Below are positions 1-10,246 of a stretch of DNA of 32,000 nt, one piece after another. The position numbers and the translations under genes are program-made. This DNA is from an uncultured Clostridia bacterium (GTDB lineage Bacteria; Bacillota; Clostridia; TANB77; CAG-508), in assembly GCA_947628215.1 (NCBI GenBank), contig CANQYZ010000009.1:2463-34462 (forward strand), given 5' to 3'. Every line of letters begins with the position of its first letter. Position 1 is the stretch's first letter. The notes under the pieces were generated by a model that ran no database searches, was not told the origin of the DNA, and worked only from the letters and a program-made list of their open reading frames with translations.

Positions 1-1
1 C

Positions 2-1067
2 AGAGAAAAATACAAAAATGGTAATATGGTTGTATTTGGAACAAGTGGAGCTGGTAAATCATTTTTTATAAAGCTGCAAATTCTTAGATATAGACTGATG
101 GGAATAGAGCAATACGTTATAGATCCAGAAAGAGAATATGAGAAAATTTGTAAAAACTTAAATGGAGTAATTTTTAAAATTGGTCCATCTTCAGATACTT
201 ATATAAATGTTTTAGATATAAGAGAAGAGTCAATTGAGGAGTCAAAAGGATATTTATCAAATAAAATTCAAAGATTAATTGGATTTTTTAATTTAATTTT
301 CAATAATTTAAACGAAGAAGATAGAGCAATATTAGAAGAAAGTATAATAGAATGCTATAAAAGAAAAAACATTACTTTTGACGATGAATCATTATATAAA
401 AGAAAAAATAAAAAAAGAATGTTTAAAGAAAGCATTGATATGCCCATCTTAGAAGATTTGTATAACGTACTTTTAGAAAAAGAAGCTACAAAAATATTAG
501 CATTAAAATTAAAACCATTTATTAGTGGTTCATTAAAATACTTTAATAATCATACAAATATTGAAATTAATAATAAACTTATAATTGCAGATATTTATGA
601 ACTTCGGAGAAGAAAATATTAAATATGGGATGTATATATTTACAGAATTATTTTGGGATAAGATAAAAAAAGATAGAAATAAAGAAAAAGCTATTTATTT
701 AGATGAAATATGGAGGTTAATTGGTGTTACATCAAATAAAGAAGTCGCATCTTTTATTTATAAGATATTTAAAACAATTAGAAAATATGGAGGAACCGGA
801 ATTGCCATTACACAAGATGTTTCAGATCTATTTGGACTTGATAATGGAACATATGGAAAAAGTATATTAAATAATTCTAGTATTAAAGTATTTTTCTCTT
901 TAGAAGAAGAAAATATAAATATATTAAGCAAAAATACTAATTTATCTGAAAAAGAGAAAGTCGAAATTAAATCACTAAGAAAGGGGGAGTGCATGGTATT
1001 CATAGATAAAGAGCATTTATTACTAAAAGTAGAAAGCTCAGAATATGAAAAAAATATTATAATATGA
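2..1067 (+). pseudogene. VirB4/TrsE-family conjugative T4SS ATPase, C-terminal ~350 codons. It runs in from the left window edge and is interrupted by a +1 frameshift.
   Basis: The frame is open from nt 2 (REKYKNGNMVVFGTSGAGKSF, Walker A). A Walker B-like AIYLDEIW lies in the second ORF. ORFs 26..622 and 585..1067 overlap in different frames. They join as ...ADIYEL|GEENIKYGMYIFTELFWDKI... if one nt is skipped at CGG 605-607. Confidence 0.75.
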
Positions 1068-2146
1068 TGATAAGTATTATAACTGCATTGTTAAATGAAA
1101 ATATAAATTACAAATTAAGAAAAATTAATAATTTATTTATAAAATATGATGATATTCAATATGAAGATGGAATATTTGAGATATTATATAGTGAAAAAAA
1201 TATAGACTATATTATTTTAAATAATAAAATAATAGAAAATGGTAATATTGAAAACACTATAAAAAAAATAATAAAAATAAACAATAATATAAAATTCATT
1301 ATCATTGATGAAGAAAATGCTAATATTATAGAAAAAAGTAAATATAAAAATATTATAGAGATAATATTTTTAAATGATAATGAAAGCGAAGAAATTCTAT
1401 TAAATAAAATAATAGAAATAATAAAAAAAGAAGAAAATATTAATTTAAATAATATATATATAAATACTAAAAAACATAAAGAAAATGAAGAAGAAATAAA
1501 TGATGAGAGTAAAGGAAAAACAATTATATTTATTGGAGTAGAAGGTGCTGGAAAAACATTGATATCTGCAATTATGGCAGATAAATTAAGCAAAGATAAA
1601 AAAGTATTGCTAATAGATATGAATTTTTATAACAATGATTTTAAATTATTATTTAAAATAAATAATAATACTACTAATAATAATGAAGAAGTGCTTAAAA
1701 TAAAGAAAAATTTAGATTTAATAACCGATATGAAATATAAAATTAAATATAAAAAAGATTTATTTAATAAAAAAATAAATAGATATAAAAATATCTATGA
1801 TTTTATAATAATTGATTTAAAAGGAAATAGAGAGGAATTATTCTTAAAACAATTTTTAGAAAAAAATGATGATCTTATTTTATTAATAGAACCGAATCTA
1901 ATAAATATAAAAAGAACTAGAAATAAATATAGAAAAATAATAAATAAAAATAAAAAAATTAAAATAATTATAAATAAAACTAATAAATATTCTATAAATA
2001 AAAAAATAATAAAGAAATTAATATGTTCTAATATTATTGGAGAAATTAAATATAATGATTTATTTGAAAAATTAATAAATAATTGTATAAATAAAAAAAA
2101 TTATTCAAAAATAAAAGATTTAGAAAAAATAATAAAAGAAATTTAA
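1064..2146 (+). CDS. ParA/MinD-superfamily P-loop ATPase with an N-terminal receiver-like region (CpaE/TadZ-like architecture)
   Basis: Carries a deviant Walker A (IGVEGAGKT) followed by KVLLIDMN, and a hydrophobic-Asp Walker B-like DFIIIDL. ATGA start/stop overlap with the VirB4-like ORF at 1064-1067 suggests translational coupling. Composition is extremely N/K/I-rich. Confidence 0.6.
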   Translation: MMISIITALLNENINYKLRKINNLFIKYDDIQYEDGIFEILYSEKNIDYIILNNKIIENGNIENTIKKIIKINNNIKFIIIDEENANIIEKSKYKNIIEIIFLNDNESEEILLNKIIEIIKKEENINLNNIYINTKKHKENEEEINDESKGKTIIFIGVEGAGKTLISAIMADKLSKDKKVLLIDMNFYNNDFKLLFKINNNTTNNNEEVLKIKKNLDLITDMKYKIKYKKDLFNKKINRYKNIYDFIIIDLKGNREELFLKQFLEKNDDLILLIEPNLINIKRTRNKYRKIINKNKKIKIIINKTNKYSINKKIIKKLICSNIIGEIKYNDLFEKLINNCINKKNYSKIKDLEKIIKEI

Positions 2147-4803
2147 AAAAATTAAATATTACAAAAACAAACTATAAAAAATTAAATTTAAAAATATATT
2201 TAATTAGCAAAAATAAAAATTTAATAATAAAACTTTAAAAAAATATATTTTATAAAAAAAGAAATTTATAAATTTATAAATAAAAAGAAAAAATTTTTTA
2301 TTTACAAAAATATAAAATATTTAATTTTATATCATAAAAATTTTTTTAAACAAAAAAATAAAAATTAATTTAAATTAAAAAAAGAAGATTTTTTTAAAAC
2401 AAGTAATTTTAAAAAAGAAAAATATTAACTCAATTTTTTTATTTTAATTCAAATTATAAGAAATCCAAAATAAATCTAATAAAATTTAAAGTCTAAAAAA
2501 GCAGGGAAATAAGCTTATTAGAGATTAAGATCTAAAAATTAAAAATTTAAAATAATTAATTAAAAATTATAGAAGTATAATTTTTAATAAAAAAAGCAAT
2601 ATGAAAATTAATGAAATTTTTATTTATGAGATTAAAAAATAGACAATAAAAAATGAAGATAATTAAAGATTAAAAATATTTTAAATTAAAAATAAAAAAT
2701 TAGGACAAAGTTTATTTTATTAAAATAATTTATTTTTATTAAAATTAAAAAAATTTAATTTAATAAATTTATTTAATTAAAATTTTATTTTTTTAAAAGA
2801 TTAATTAAGAAATTAATAAAATTATAAATATTACAATAAATAAAAAATAAAATAATAAAAAATAAAATAATAAAAGATAATTAAAAAAATTAAAATAATA
2901 ATTAAAATAAAAATAAATAATAATAAAAAATTAAAAAAATAATTAATTAATAATATATTTTAGTATAAATAAAATGAATATTGTTTATGAACAATTTAAT
3001 TATTTTGATTAATGTTAGATAATTTAAAAGATAAATGACTAGTTATGAGATATTATATAAAACAATAAATATATGAAAATAAATAAAAAATTAATATATA
3101 TCTCTTAAAATTATTAAAATAGTAAAAATATAGTTTATTACAAAATAAAATTAATATAATTTAATTTTTTCATTAAAAAAATTAAATAAGAAATGTCAAA
3201 AAAATTATTTTAAAAAATAAATTAATTTAAATTTTATATTTATAGAAATTAATTAATAAAAAATTAAATTTACAAAAATATATAATTTTCAAAATTTAAT
3301 TAAATAATTTTTTTCGAGTCTAAAAAAATTATTTTCAAAGTTAGAAATATTAATTAATAATTTTAATTATTTTTTGTTTTAAAATAAAAAAATAAATACC
3401 ATAAATTTAAAAAATCTTAAAATTAGGATTTAATTTTAAAATATAATAGCTAAAATTTAAAATCTAAAAACGCAGGGAAATAAGCGTGTTATAGCTTAAG
3501 GAAAAAAAATAGAATTTTTAAGATTATTTGATGAAAATGTTTAAATTATAAATTTTAATAAAAAAAGCAATATTTAAATTAATTAAATTATTATTTTTTT
3601 AATTAAAAATAATAGACAATAAAAAATAAATAAAATTAAAAAAATCATGATGATAAAAATAAGAATAAGAAAATAGGACAAAATTTATTTAATTAAAATA
3701 TTAGATCTTTAAAATTAATTTTTAAAATTAAATTAAATAATTAATTAAAATAAAATTAATTAAATTTATAAAATTTTTTAAAATTTATAAATATTACAAT
3801 AAATAAAAATAATAAAAAATAATTAATAATTAAATTAAATAAATAATATTAATTATAAAAAAATAAAAATAAAAATTAATAGTAGTATTTGAAAGTAAAA
3901 ATGTTATTAATAATATATTTTTTTATAAGAAAAGAAATATTATTAGAAAATAATTAAACTAATCTAATAAATATTAGATTACTTGAAAGATAAATAACCT
4001 AATTAAGAATTCTTATTTATAAATATAAGAAAATAAATATAAAAATAAATAAGTATTTTTTTAAAATATAAAAATTAAATAATAAAGTTATGATTTATTA
4101 CAAATAAAAATTAGTTTATTTAAAATTTTTTAAATAAAAAAATTAAATAAAAAAAGTCAAATAAAATTTTAATTCAAAAAATAAAAAAATTTTAATCAAA
4201 GATTTTTTAAAATTAATTAATAAAAATTATTTTAATTAATTAAATTTTAAATTTACAAAAATATAAAATTTTAAATTTTTAATTTGTAAAAATTTTTTAT
4301 AAGAAAAATTTCAAAATAAAAAATCTGATTTTATTTTTTCAAAAATAAAAAAATAAATGACGTCAATTTAAAAAAAGATAAAATTTTTTCTATCTAAGAA
4401 CAAAACATCCAAAATTTAAAAACAAAAAAAGAAAGGGAAAGTGGCATATTAGAGAATTTATATTAGAATAACTTTTTTAAAGCCTTTGGAGATGGAAAAT
4501 TAAATTTTATTAAATTTGATTTTAAAAGCAATATTTATTGTGAGATAAAAAACAGACAATAAAAATTAAAATAAATTAATTGTTTAATTTTTTAAAATTT
4601 AAAATAAAAAAAGAAAGACAAATTTTATTAATTAAAAATAATATTTTTTTCTATAAAATGAAAAAATTATTTTCAATAAAATAATTTAATAAAAAAATTA
4701 AAAAAATTTTTAAATATTACAAAAAATAAAAAATAATAAAAAATAAAAATAAATAATTAAAAATAAATAATTAATTATTTATTAATAAAAATAGGAGAGA
4801 AAA
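2147..4803. repeat. ORF-free ultra-AT-rich tract made of ~2.7 tandem degenerate units of ~0.92-0.98 kb (units approx 2147-3125, 3126-4085, 4086-4803)
   Basis: No ORF >=60 aa on either strand. G/C-containing islands recur in the same order and spacing in each unit (see finding). There are G/C-free runs of 86 nt (2877-2962) and 84 nt (3798-3881). Confidence 0.85.
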
Positions 4804-5490
4804 ATGAGTGAACTAGAAATAAATAATGATTTAAATAAAAACGAATTTTTAAATTCTACAATGGGTAAGATGATAAATAAAGCTGTAGATTTAGCAATAA
4901 GAACTGCACTACCAGATTTAATAGATGACCAGGTTATTAATATTAAAGATGCTATTTTGGTAGGAGGTTTTCAAGAAGGAGTAAAAGAATTAATTAATTC
5001 TGGAAATAATTTAAAAGAAAGTGTTAAAGGAATAATAACAGGTGAATTTAGTAGCTTAGAACAGATGAAACTTGCAGTAAAAGATGGCGGGATTTTAGAT
5101 TTCGTTTCTTTTTGTGTTGATAAGGGGATAAATTATATAAGTAAAAAATCTGGAATAGATAATAGTGTATTAAAAATTATTACTACAACTAAAAACTCAA
5201 TTATAAATCAAGTAAGCAAAGATATAGAGAATAAATATACTTCTCAAATAGAAAATATTGAGAAAATGGATAAATATAGTAAAGAGTGGAAAGAAGCCTT
5301 TGATAATAAGGATATTGAAGCAATGGAGAAAAGCAATAAAAAAATAATTAATCAGAGAAAAAATATAATAAATATTGAAAACATTATTGGAAAAGCAAAT
5401 ACAATAAAAAATATAACTGAAATTGTATCTAATTCTAAAGATTTTAAATTAAGTAATGAAGAATTAGAGTTAGCAAATAAGATTTATTAA
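4804..5490 (+). CDS. Hypothetical protein, 228 aa, no signal peptide, K/N/E-rich probably coiled C-terminal half
   Basis: ATG is preceded by GGAGAG (4794-4799) at good spacing. The ORF is clean with ordinary amino-acid composition. I recognise no family motif. Confidence 0.65.
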   Translation: MSELEINNDLNKNEFLNSTMGKMINKAVDLAIRTALPDLIDDQVINIKDAILVGGFQEGVKELINSGNNLKESVKGIITGEFSSLEQMKLAVKDGGILDFVSFCVDKGINYISKKSGIDNSVLKIITTTKNSIINQVSKDIENKYTSQIENIEKMDKYSKEWKEAFDNKDIEAMEKSNKKIINQRKNIINIENIIGKANTIKNITEIVSNSKDFKLSNEELELANKIY

Positions 5491-5581
5491 ATTTATTAAA
5501 ATTAAATTAATTTTGAAAAATTTTTTAAAAAATAAATTAAATTTTTGGCTTATTTAAAGCAAAAAATGGGCTATAAAAAAC

Positions 5582-5610
5582 TTGCATATTTTCTTACGGT
5601 TTAGTATAAT
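5582..5610 (+). promoter_or_regulatory. Sigma-A type promoter for gyrA
   Basis: TTGCAT (5582-5587), 17-nt spacer, TATAAT (5605-5610), about 36 nt upstream of the gyrA ATG. Confidence 0.6.
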
Positions 5611-5646
5611 ACAAGAGAAAATGAAATAAAGAAAAGGGGTTTTGAA

Positions 5647-8091
5647 ATGGACAAGCAAGAAGAAAAAATTATAGTCAGAGACATTGAAGAAGAAATGAAA
5701 ACATCTTATATAGATTATGCTATGAGTGTTATTGTTTCTCGTGCTTTACCAGACGTTAGAGACGGACTAAAACCAGTACATAGAAGAATTTTATATGCTA
5801 TGTATGAAGATGGTATAACATCTGATAAGCCATACAGAAAGTGTGCTAATACTGTAGGTTCCGTTTTAGGAAGATATCATCCTCATGGTGACTCTTCCGT
5901 ATATGATGCTATGGTAAGACTAGCTCAAGACTTTTCTATGAGATATATGTTAATTGACGGACATGGTAACTTCGGTTCTATTGATGGTGATGGAGCAGCC
6001 GCAATGAGATACACAGAAGCAAGAATGGCAAAAATTGCTGAGCAAATGCTAGTAGATATAGAGAAAAATACAGTTGAATTTATGCCAAACTATGATGATA
6101 GACTTCAAGAGCCAACAGTATTACCTGCAAAAGTTCCTGCTCTTTTAATTAATGGTTCATCTGGTATTGCTGTAGGAATGGCAACAAATATACCACCTCA
6201 TAACTTAAGTGAAGTAGTAGATGGTGCAATAAAAATCATAGATGAAGATAATGTAACAGACGAAGATTTAATGCAAGTTGTAAAAGGACCAGATTTCCCA
6301 ACAGAAGGTATAATTTTAGGAAGAGAAGGAATAAAAGAAGCTTATACAACAGGAAAAGGAAAAATCACAGTAAGAGCAGAAGCTGAGATTGAGGAGATGA
6401 GTGGAAATAAGAGAAGAATTGTAGTATCTTCACTTCCATATCAAGTAAATAAAGCAAAATTAATAGAAAATATTGCTACTCTTACAAGGGATAAGAGATT
6501 AGAAGGTATATCTGATATAAGAGATGAATCTGATAGAGAGCATAAAGTAAGAATAGTAATAGAATTAAAAAGAGATGCTAATCCTCAAGTTGTATTAAAT
6601 CAATTATATAAAAATACACAAATGCAAGATACATTTGGTGTAATAATGCTTGCTTTAGTAAATGGAGAACCTAAAATATTAACATTAAAACAATGTTTGC
6701 AATATTACATAGATCACAGAAAAGATGTTATTTTACGTAGAACAAAATTTGAGCTTGATAAAGCTGAGGCTAGAGCTCATATATTAGAAGGATTAAAAAT
6801 AGCAATAGACAACATAGACGAGGTAATTAAAATAATTAGAGAAGCATATGATGATGCTAAAGAGCAATTAATGCAAAGATTTGGACTTTCAGAAATTCAA
6901 GCTCAGGCAATTCTTGATATGCAATTAAAACGTCTATCAGGTTTACAAAGAGAAAAACTAGAAGAAGAATATAATGAATTAATGGCTCTTATAAAGAGAT
7001 TAAAAGAAATTTTAGCTAGTGAAACTTTAGTATATGGAATAATCAAAGATGAATTATTAGAAATGAAAGAAAAATTCGGAGATGAAAGAAAAACTAAGAT
7101 AGTAGCTGCTGAAGGTGAAATAGATGTAGAAGATTTAATTAAAGAAGAGCAAACTATAATAGCATTAACAAACTTTGGATATATTAAGAGAGCTCCAGTA
7201 GATACTTACAAAAGCCAAAAAAGAGGTGGAAAAGGAATTACTGGAATGGCAACAAAAGAAGAAGATTTTGTTAAAGAAATCTTTACAGCCTCAACACATG
7301 ATACAATTCTATTCTTTACTAATAAAGGAAAGATGTATAGACTAAGAGGTTATGAAATACCAGAAGCTGGAAGAACAGCTAAAGGAACTGCTATAGTTAA
7401 TTTATTAAGTCTTGATGCAGATGAAAAAGTTTCAACAATTATTCCTATTCAAAACTTTGCAGATGGAAAATATCTATTATTTGCAACAAAGAACGGATTA
7501 ATTAAAAAGACATCATTAAAAGAATATGATTCAAGTAGAAAAACAGGTCTTCAAGCTATTACATTAAAAGATGAAGATGAATTAATAGATGTAAAACTTA
7601 CAGATGGTGAAGATAATGTAGTACTTGTTACTAGAAATGGTATGAGTATAACATTTGATGAAAAAGATGTAAGAGCTATGGGAAGAGTATCACAAGGTGT
7701 TCTTGGAATTAGAGTAGATAAAGATGATGCAGTAATTGGTATGGAATCTGTAATTGGAGGAGCAAAAGCAACACTTCTTGCTATTACTGAAAATGGATTT
7801 GGTAAGAGAACAGAACTTGATGAATATAGAGTTCAAATAAGAGGTGGAAAAGGAGTAATAACATATAAAGTTACTGCTAAAACAGGAAAAATAGTTGGAA
7901 TCAAAATTGTTACAGAAAATGATGATGTAATGATGATTACAGATACAGGAACAGTTATAAGACTTGAAGTAAAAGATATAAGTGTACTTGGAAGATCTAC
8001 TCAAGGTGTTACATTAATGAGAACAAATGAAGGAAGAGTAGTAAGTATTGAAAAAATACAAGAAGACTATAAAGACATGATGAATGATTAA
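5647..8091 (+). CDS. gyrA: DNA gyrase subunit A
   Basis: 814 aa. The N-terminus has the catalytic-Tyr motif [11 protein letters not shown] and the [17 protein letters not shown] GyrA-box-like QKRGGKG in the C-terminal beta-pinwheel argues for GyrA rather than ParC. SD AAAGGGG lies upstream. Confidence 0.97.
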   Translation: MDKQEEKIIVRDIEEEMKTSYIDYAMSVIVSRALPDVRDGLKPVHRRILYAMYEDGITSDKPYRKCANTVGSVLGRYHPHGDSSVYDAMVRLAQDFSMRYMLIDGHGNFGSIDGDGAAAMRYTEARMAKIAEQMLVDIEKNTVEFMPNYDDRLQEPTVLPAKVPALLINGSSGIAVGMATNIPPHNLSEVVDGAIKIIDEDNVTDEDLMQVVKGPDFPTEGIILGREGIKEAYTTGKGKITVRAEAEIEEMSGNKRRIVVSSLPYQVNKAKLIENIATLTRDKRLEGISDIRDESDREHKVRIVIELKRDANPQVVLNQLYKNTQMQDTFGVIMLALVNGEPKILTLKQCLQYYIDHRKDVILRRTKFELDKAEARAHILEGLKIAIDNIDEVIKIIREAYDDAKEQLMQRFGLSEIQAQAILDMQLKRLSGLQREKLEEEYNELMALIKRLKEILASETLVYGIIKDELLEMKEKFGDERKTKIVAAEGEIDVEDLIKEEQTIIALTNFGYIKRAPVDTYKSQKRGGKGITGMATKEEDFVKEIFTASTHDTILFFTNKGKMYRLRGYEIPEAGRTAKGTAIVNLLSLDADEKVSTIIPIQNFADGKYLLFATKNGLIKKTSLKEYDSSRKTGLQAITLKDEDELIDVKLTDGEDNVVLVTRNGMSITFDEKDVRAMGRVSQGVLGIRVDKDDAVIGMESVIGGAKATLLAITENGFGKRTELDEYRVQIRGGKGVITYKVTAKTGKIVGIKIVTENDDVMMITDTGTVIRLEVKDISVLGRSTQGVTLMRTNEGRVVSIEKIQEDYKDMMND

Positions 8092-8107
8092 AAATTAAAT
8101 CAAATAT

Positions 8108-8141
8108 AAAAACGGGATATTTAGAAATATCCCGTTTTTAT
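8108..8141. terminator. Bidirectional rho-independent terminator between convergent gyrA and the dnaI-like gene
   Basis: Stem acgggatat (8112-8120) / atatcccgt (8127-8135), flanked by an A-run on the left and a T-run on the right. Confidence 0.75.
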
Positions 8142-8162
8142 ATTAATAATTATTATAAATTA

Positions 8163-9173
8163 TTATTTATTTTTCTTAAATCTAATATCATCACCAAAAA
8201 ACTTATAAATATTATAATGTCCTACAAGTCTAGATCCAATTCTCTCATTATATATAGAAAATATACTTTTCAAATCTAAATTAGTAGAAATAATAGTTTT
8301 AGTAATTTTTTGATTTTGATTTAAAAGCCTTGTATTAATAATAGTAAATAGTTCAGTAAATTTCATACTGTTCATAGTTTCAGTTCCTAAATCATCTATT
8401 ATTAATAAATCAACATTTAACAAATTATCAATAAAGTTTGAATCTTGTTTGTCAAATCTTGATGAAATTATAGATTCTAACATTACAGGAGCAGTCTGAT
8501 AAAGAACAGTTTTTCCTTTATCTAAAAGTGCTTTAGCTATACAATTAGAAAGAAATGTTTTTCCAAGTCCAGTAGGACCTAAAAACATAAGGTTTTTTTC
8601 ATTTGGATCATCAAAATTTTCAACAAATTTAATAGAATCATTATAAATTTTCTTTATATTTTCTCTTGGTGATATATCATAAGAATATAACTCTTTATTT
8701 GGAATGTCAGAATAAACATTAAAATTAAATGTATCAAAATTTTCTTTATCAATGTTTCCAATATTAGACTTATTATATTGGATATTAAGCAATTTTTGTT
8801 TTATGCAATTACAAAGTACAGTCCTTGAATTTTCATCCGTTATATACCCAGTATCTTTGCAAATTTGACATTCAAATGTAGGTTCTAAATCTTCTGATTC
8901 GATACCATGTTCTTTTAATACATTAAACTTACTTAATTTTAAATTATTAGACTCTTCTTCTAAGTTTTTTAAATATAATTCTTTTTCTGTTTTAGAAGAA
9001 ATAAGCATTGATTTTAGTGTACTTATAGAAATATCATGAAGTTTATCATCTATATTTTGAAGCTCAGGGATAGAGCTATATACTTGCTTTCTTTTAATAT
9101 CTGCATCAGAAATAGCTTTAGTTCTCTTAGAGTCATATTCAGTTAATAATTTTTTTAGTAAAAAATTATCCAT
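8163..9173 (-). CDS. dnaI: Replicative helicase loader, DnaI/DnaC (IstB-like AAA+) family
   Basis: Walker A GPTGLGKTF, Walker B LLIIDDLGTE, and an N-terminal Cys cluster CQICKDTGY...LCNC. I prefer the ATG at 9173 (MDNFLLKK), which has AAAGGG 9 nt upstream, over the track's TTG at 9191. Confidence 0.85.
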   Translation of the reverse strand: MDNFLLKKLLTEYDSKRTKAISDADIKRKQVYSSIPELQNIDDKLHDISISTLKSMLISSKTEKELYLKNLEEESNNLKLSKFNVLKEHGIESEDLEPTFECQICKDTGYITDENSRTVLCNCIKQKLLNIQYNKSNIGNIDKENFDTFNFNVYSDIPNKELYSYDISPRENIKKIYNDSIKFVENFDDPNEKNLMFLGPTGLGKTFLSNCIAKALLDKGKTVLYQTAPVMLESIISSRFDKQDSNFIDNLLNVDLLIIDDLGTETMNSMKFTELFTIINTRLLNQNQKITKTIISTNLDLKSIFSIYNERIGSRLVGHYNIYKFFGDDIRFKKNK

Positions 9174-9206
9174 TAAGTAAATCCCTTTCAATATATTAAG
9201 TCTTTA

Positions 9207-10172
9207 TTAATTTGCAAATAGATTATCTAAATTATCATAATTTCTTTGAGTTGAACTATTATTATTGTAATTTGTTTTCTTTTCTAATTCTTTTATTTCT
9301 TGAGTTTTCTTTTTCCTTGATTCTAAAAAGTTCTGAATTTCTACTGGAGTTTTAAGATTTCTATCATGCCAATCAGAAATAGTCTTATCAAAATAATCAA
9401 AACTTATATTTGCTTTTGAAGTACTTCTTTTAAGAGCAAGCTCAATTATATCAATTGAATATCCAAAATCTATAACCCATTTTTCAAGATATGCATCTTC
9501 ATAAGTAGTAAGATTACGATTTAATCCTAATTTTTTAATAATTTGCTTCTTAATTAGAGAAATTTTTTCTTGTTTTTGATAGTAACTATCTAAATCAGAA
9601 AAAGATCTAATTTTATTTTTATACCAGCTATCCGCTACAACTTGCAAGTAATTTCTATGAAGAGCTTGTCTGTCATAGCAATAATTAAATAATGCAAGCA
9701 TTACTTGTTCATCAAAACCATATTTTTTAAACCATAAATCAATATCATTGTACCAAGATGGTGACATAAGGCCTTGAAAGAATTGATTATTTATATTTTC
9801 AATAGCCTTTATTCTATATTGATTTTTCTCACTTTTTTCTATATCTTCAGGAGAAGAAGTTAATTTAGGAGAATATAATTTTAAAAGTTCAGTTTCTTGG
9901 ATATTAGATAGAATATATCCAGTAGTTTTCTTTACTAAAACTCCACATTCTTCCCAGTATTTGAAAGCTTCTTGAATAGTTTTTAAAGGTAGTGCAAGTT
10001 TTTTTGATAAATCGTTAATTTTTATATCTTTATCATATTTTGATAAAAATAATAAATACAAATATACCTTAACAAAATCGCCATTTGCTTGAGATAAATA
10101 TTCTGTAAAAAATACATCCGGAATTTCTGTTGATGAAAATAGCATTGATTTATCATTTTGTTCTAATTTCAT
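9207..10172 (-). CDS. DnaD-domain replication initiation / helicase-loading protein (DnaB/DnaD-like)
   Basis: The N-terminal winged-helix-like region (FVKVYLYLLFLS...LSKKLALPLKTIQEAFKYWEECGVL) and a C-terminal DnaD-like repeat are typical of this family. It sits immediately upstream of the loader ATPase, as in Firmicute dnaB-dnaI operons. SD is AAAGGGG. Confidence 0.7.
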   Translation of the reverse strand: MKLEQNDKSMLFSSTEIPDVFFTEYLSQANGDFVKVYLYLLFLSKYDKDIKINDLSKKLALPLKTIQEAFKYWEECGVLVKKTTGYILSNIQETELLKLYSPKLTSSPEDIEKSEKNQYRIKAIENINNQFFQGLMSPSWYNDIDLWFKKYGFDEQVMLALFNYCYDRQALHRNYLQVVADSWYKNKIRSFSDLDSYYQKQEKISLIKKQIIKKLGLNRNLTTYEDAYLEKWVIDFGYSIDIIELALKRSTSKANISFDYFDKTISDWHDRNLKTPVEIQNFLESRKKKTQEIKELEKKTNYNNNSSTQRNYDNLDNLFAN

Positions 10173-10210
10173 ACTACTACCCCTTTTAAAAAAATTTAAG
10201 CTTTTCCAGA

Positions 10211-10239
10211 ATTATATCACCATAATCTAAGATTTACAA
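10211..10239 (-). promoter_or_regulatory. Sigma-A promoter with extended -10 for the DnaD-like/dnaI operon
   Basis: On the minus strand: TTGTAA (10239-10234), 17 nt, TGaTATAAT (-10 hexamer at 10216-10211). Confidence 0.5.
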
Positions 10240-10246
10240 CAAAAAA

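Noticed and set aside
758-1593. Minus-strand ORFs 758..1003 and 1207..1593
   Set aside because: Antisense shadows of the VirB4-like and ParA-like genes.
2147-4803. Possible CRISPR array, iteron-type plasmid origin or chromosomal oriC (DnaA-box cluster) in the AT-rich tract
   Set aside because: The repeat unit is ~0.97 kb and degenerate, not 25-40 bp direct repeats with unique spacers and not ~20-bp iterons. I found no TTATCCACA-like DnaA boxes (no 'ccaca'/'tgtgg' in the tract) and no parS-like TGTTNCACGTGAAACA. An origin or centromere role remains only a speculative possibility, noted in the finding.
7690-8004. 104-aa minus-strand ORF inside gyrA, together with 15234..15473 and 19244..19558 inside other genes
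   Set aside because: Antisense shadow ORFs within well-supported coding regions.
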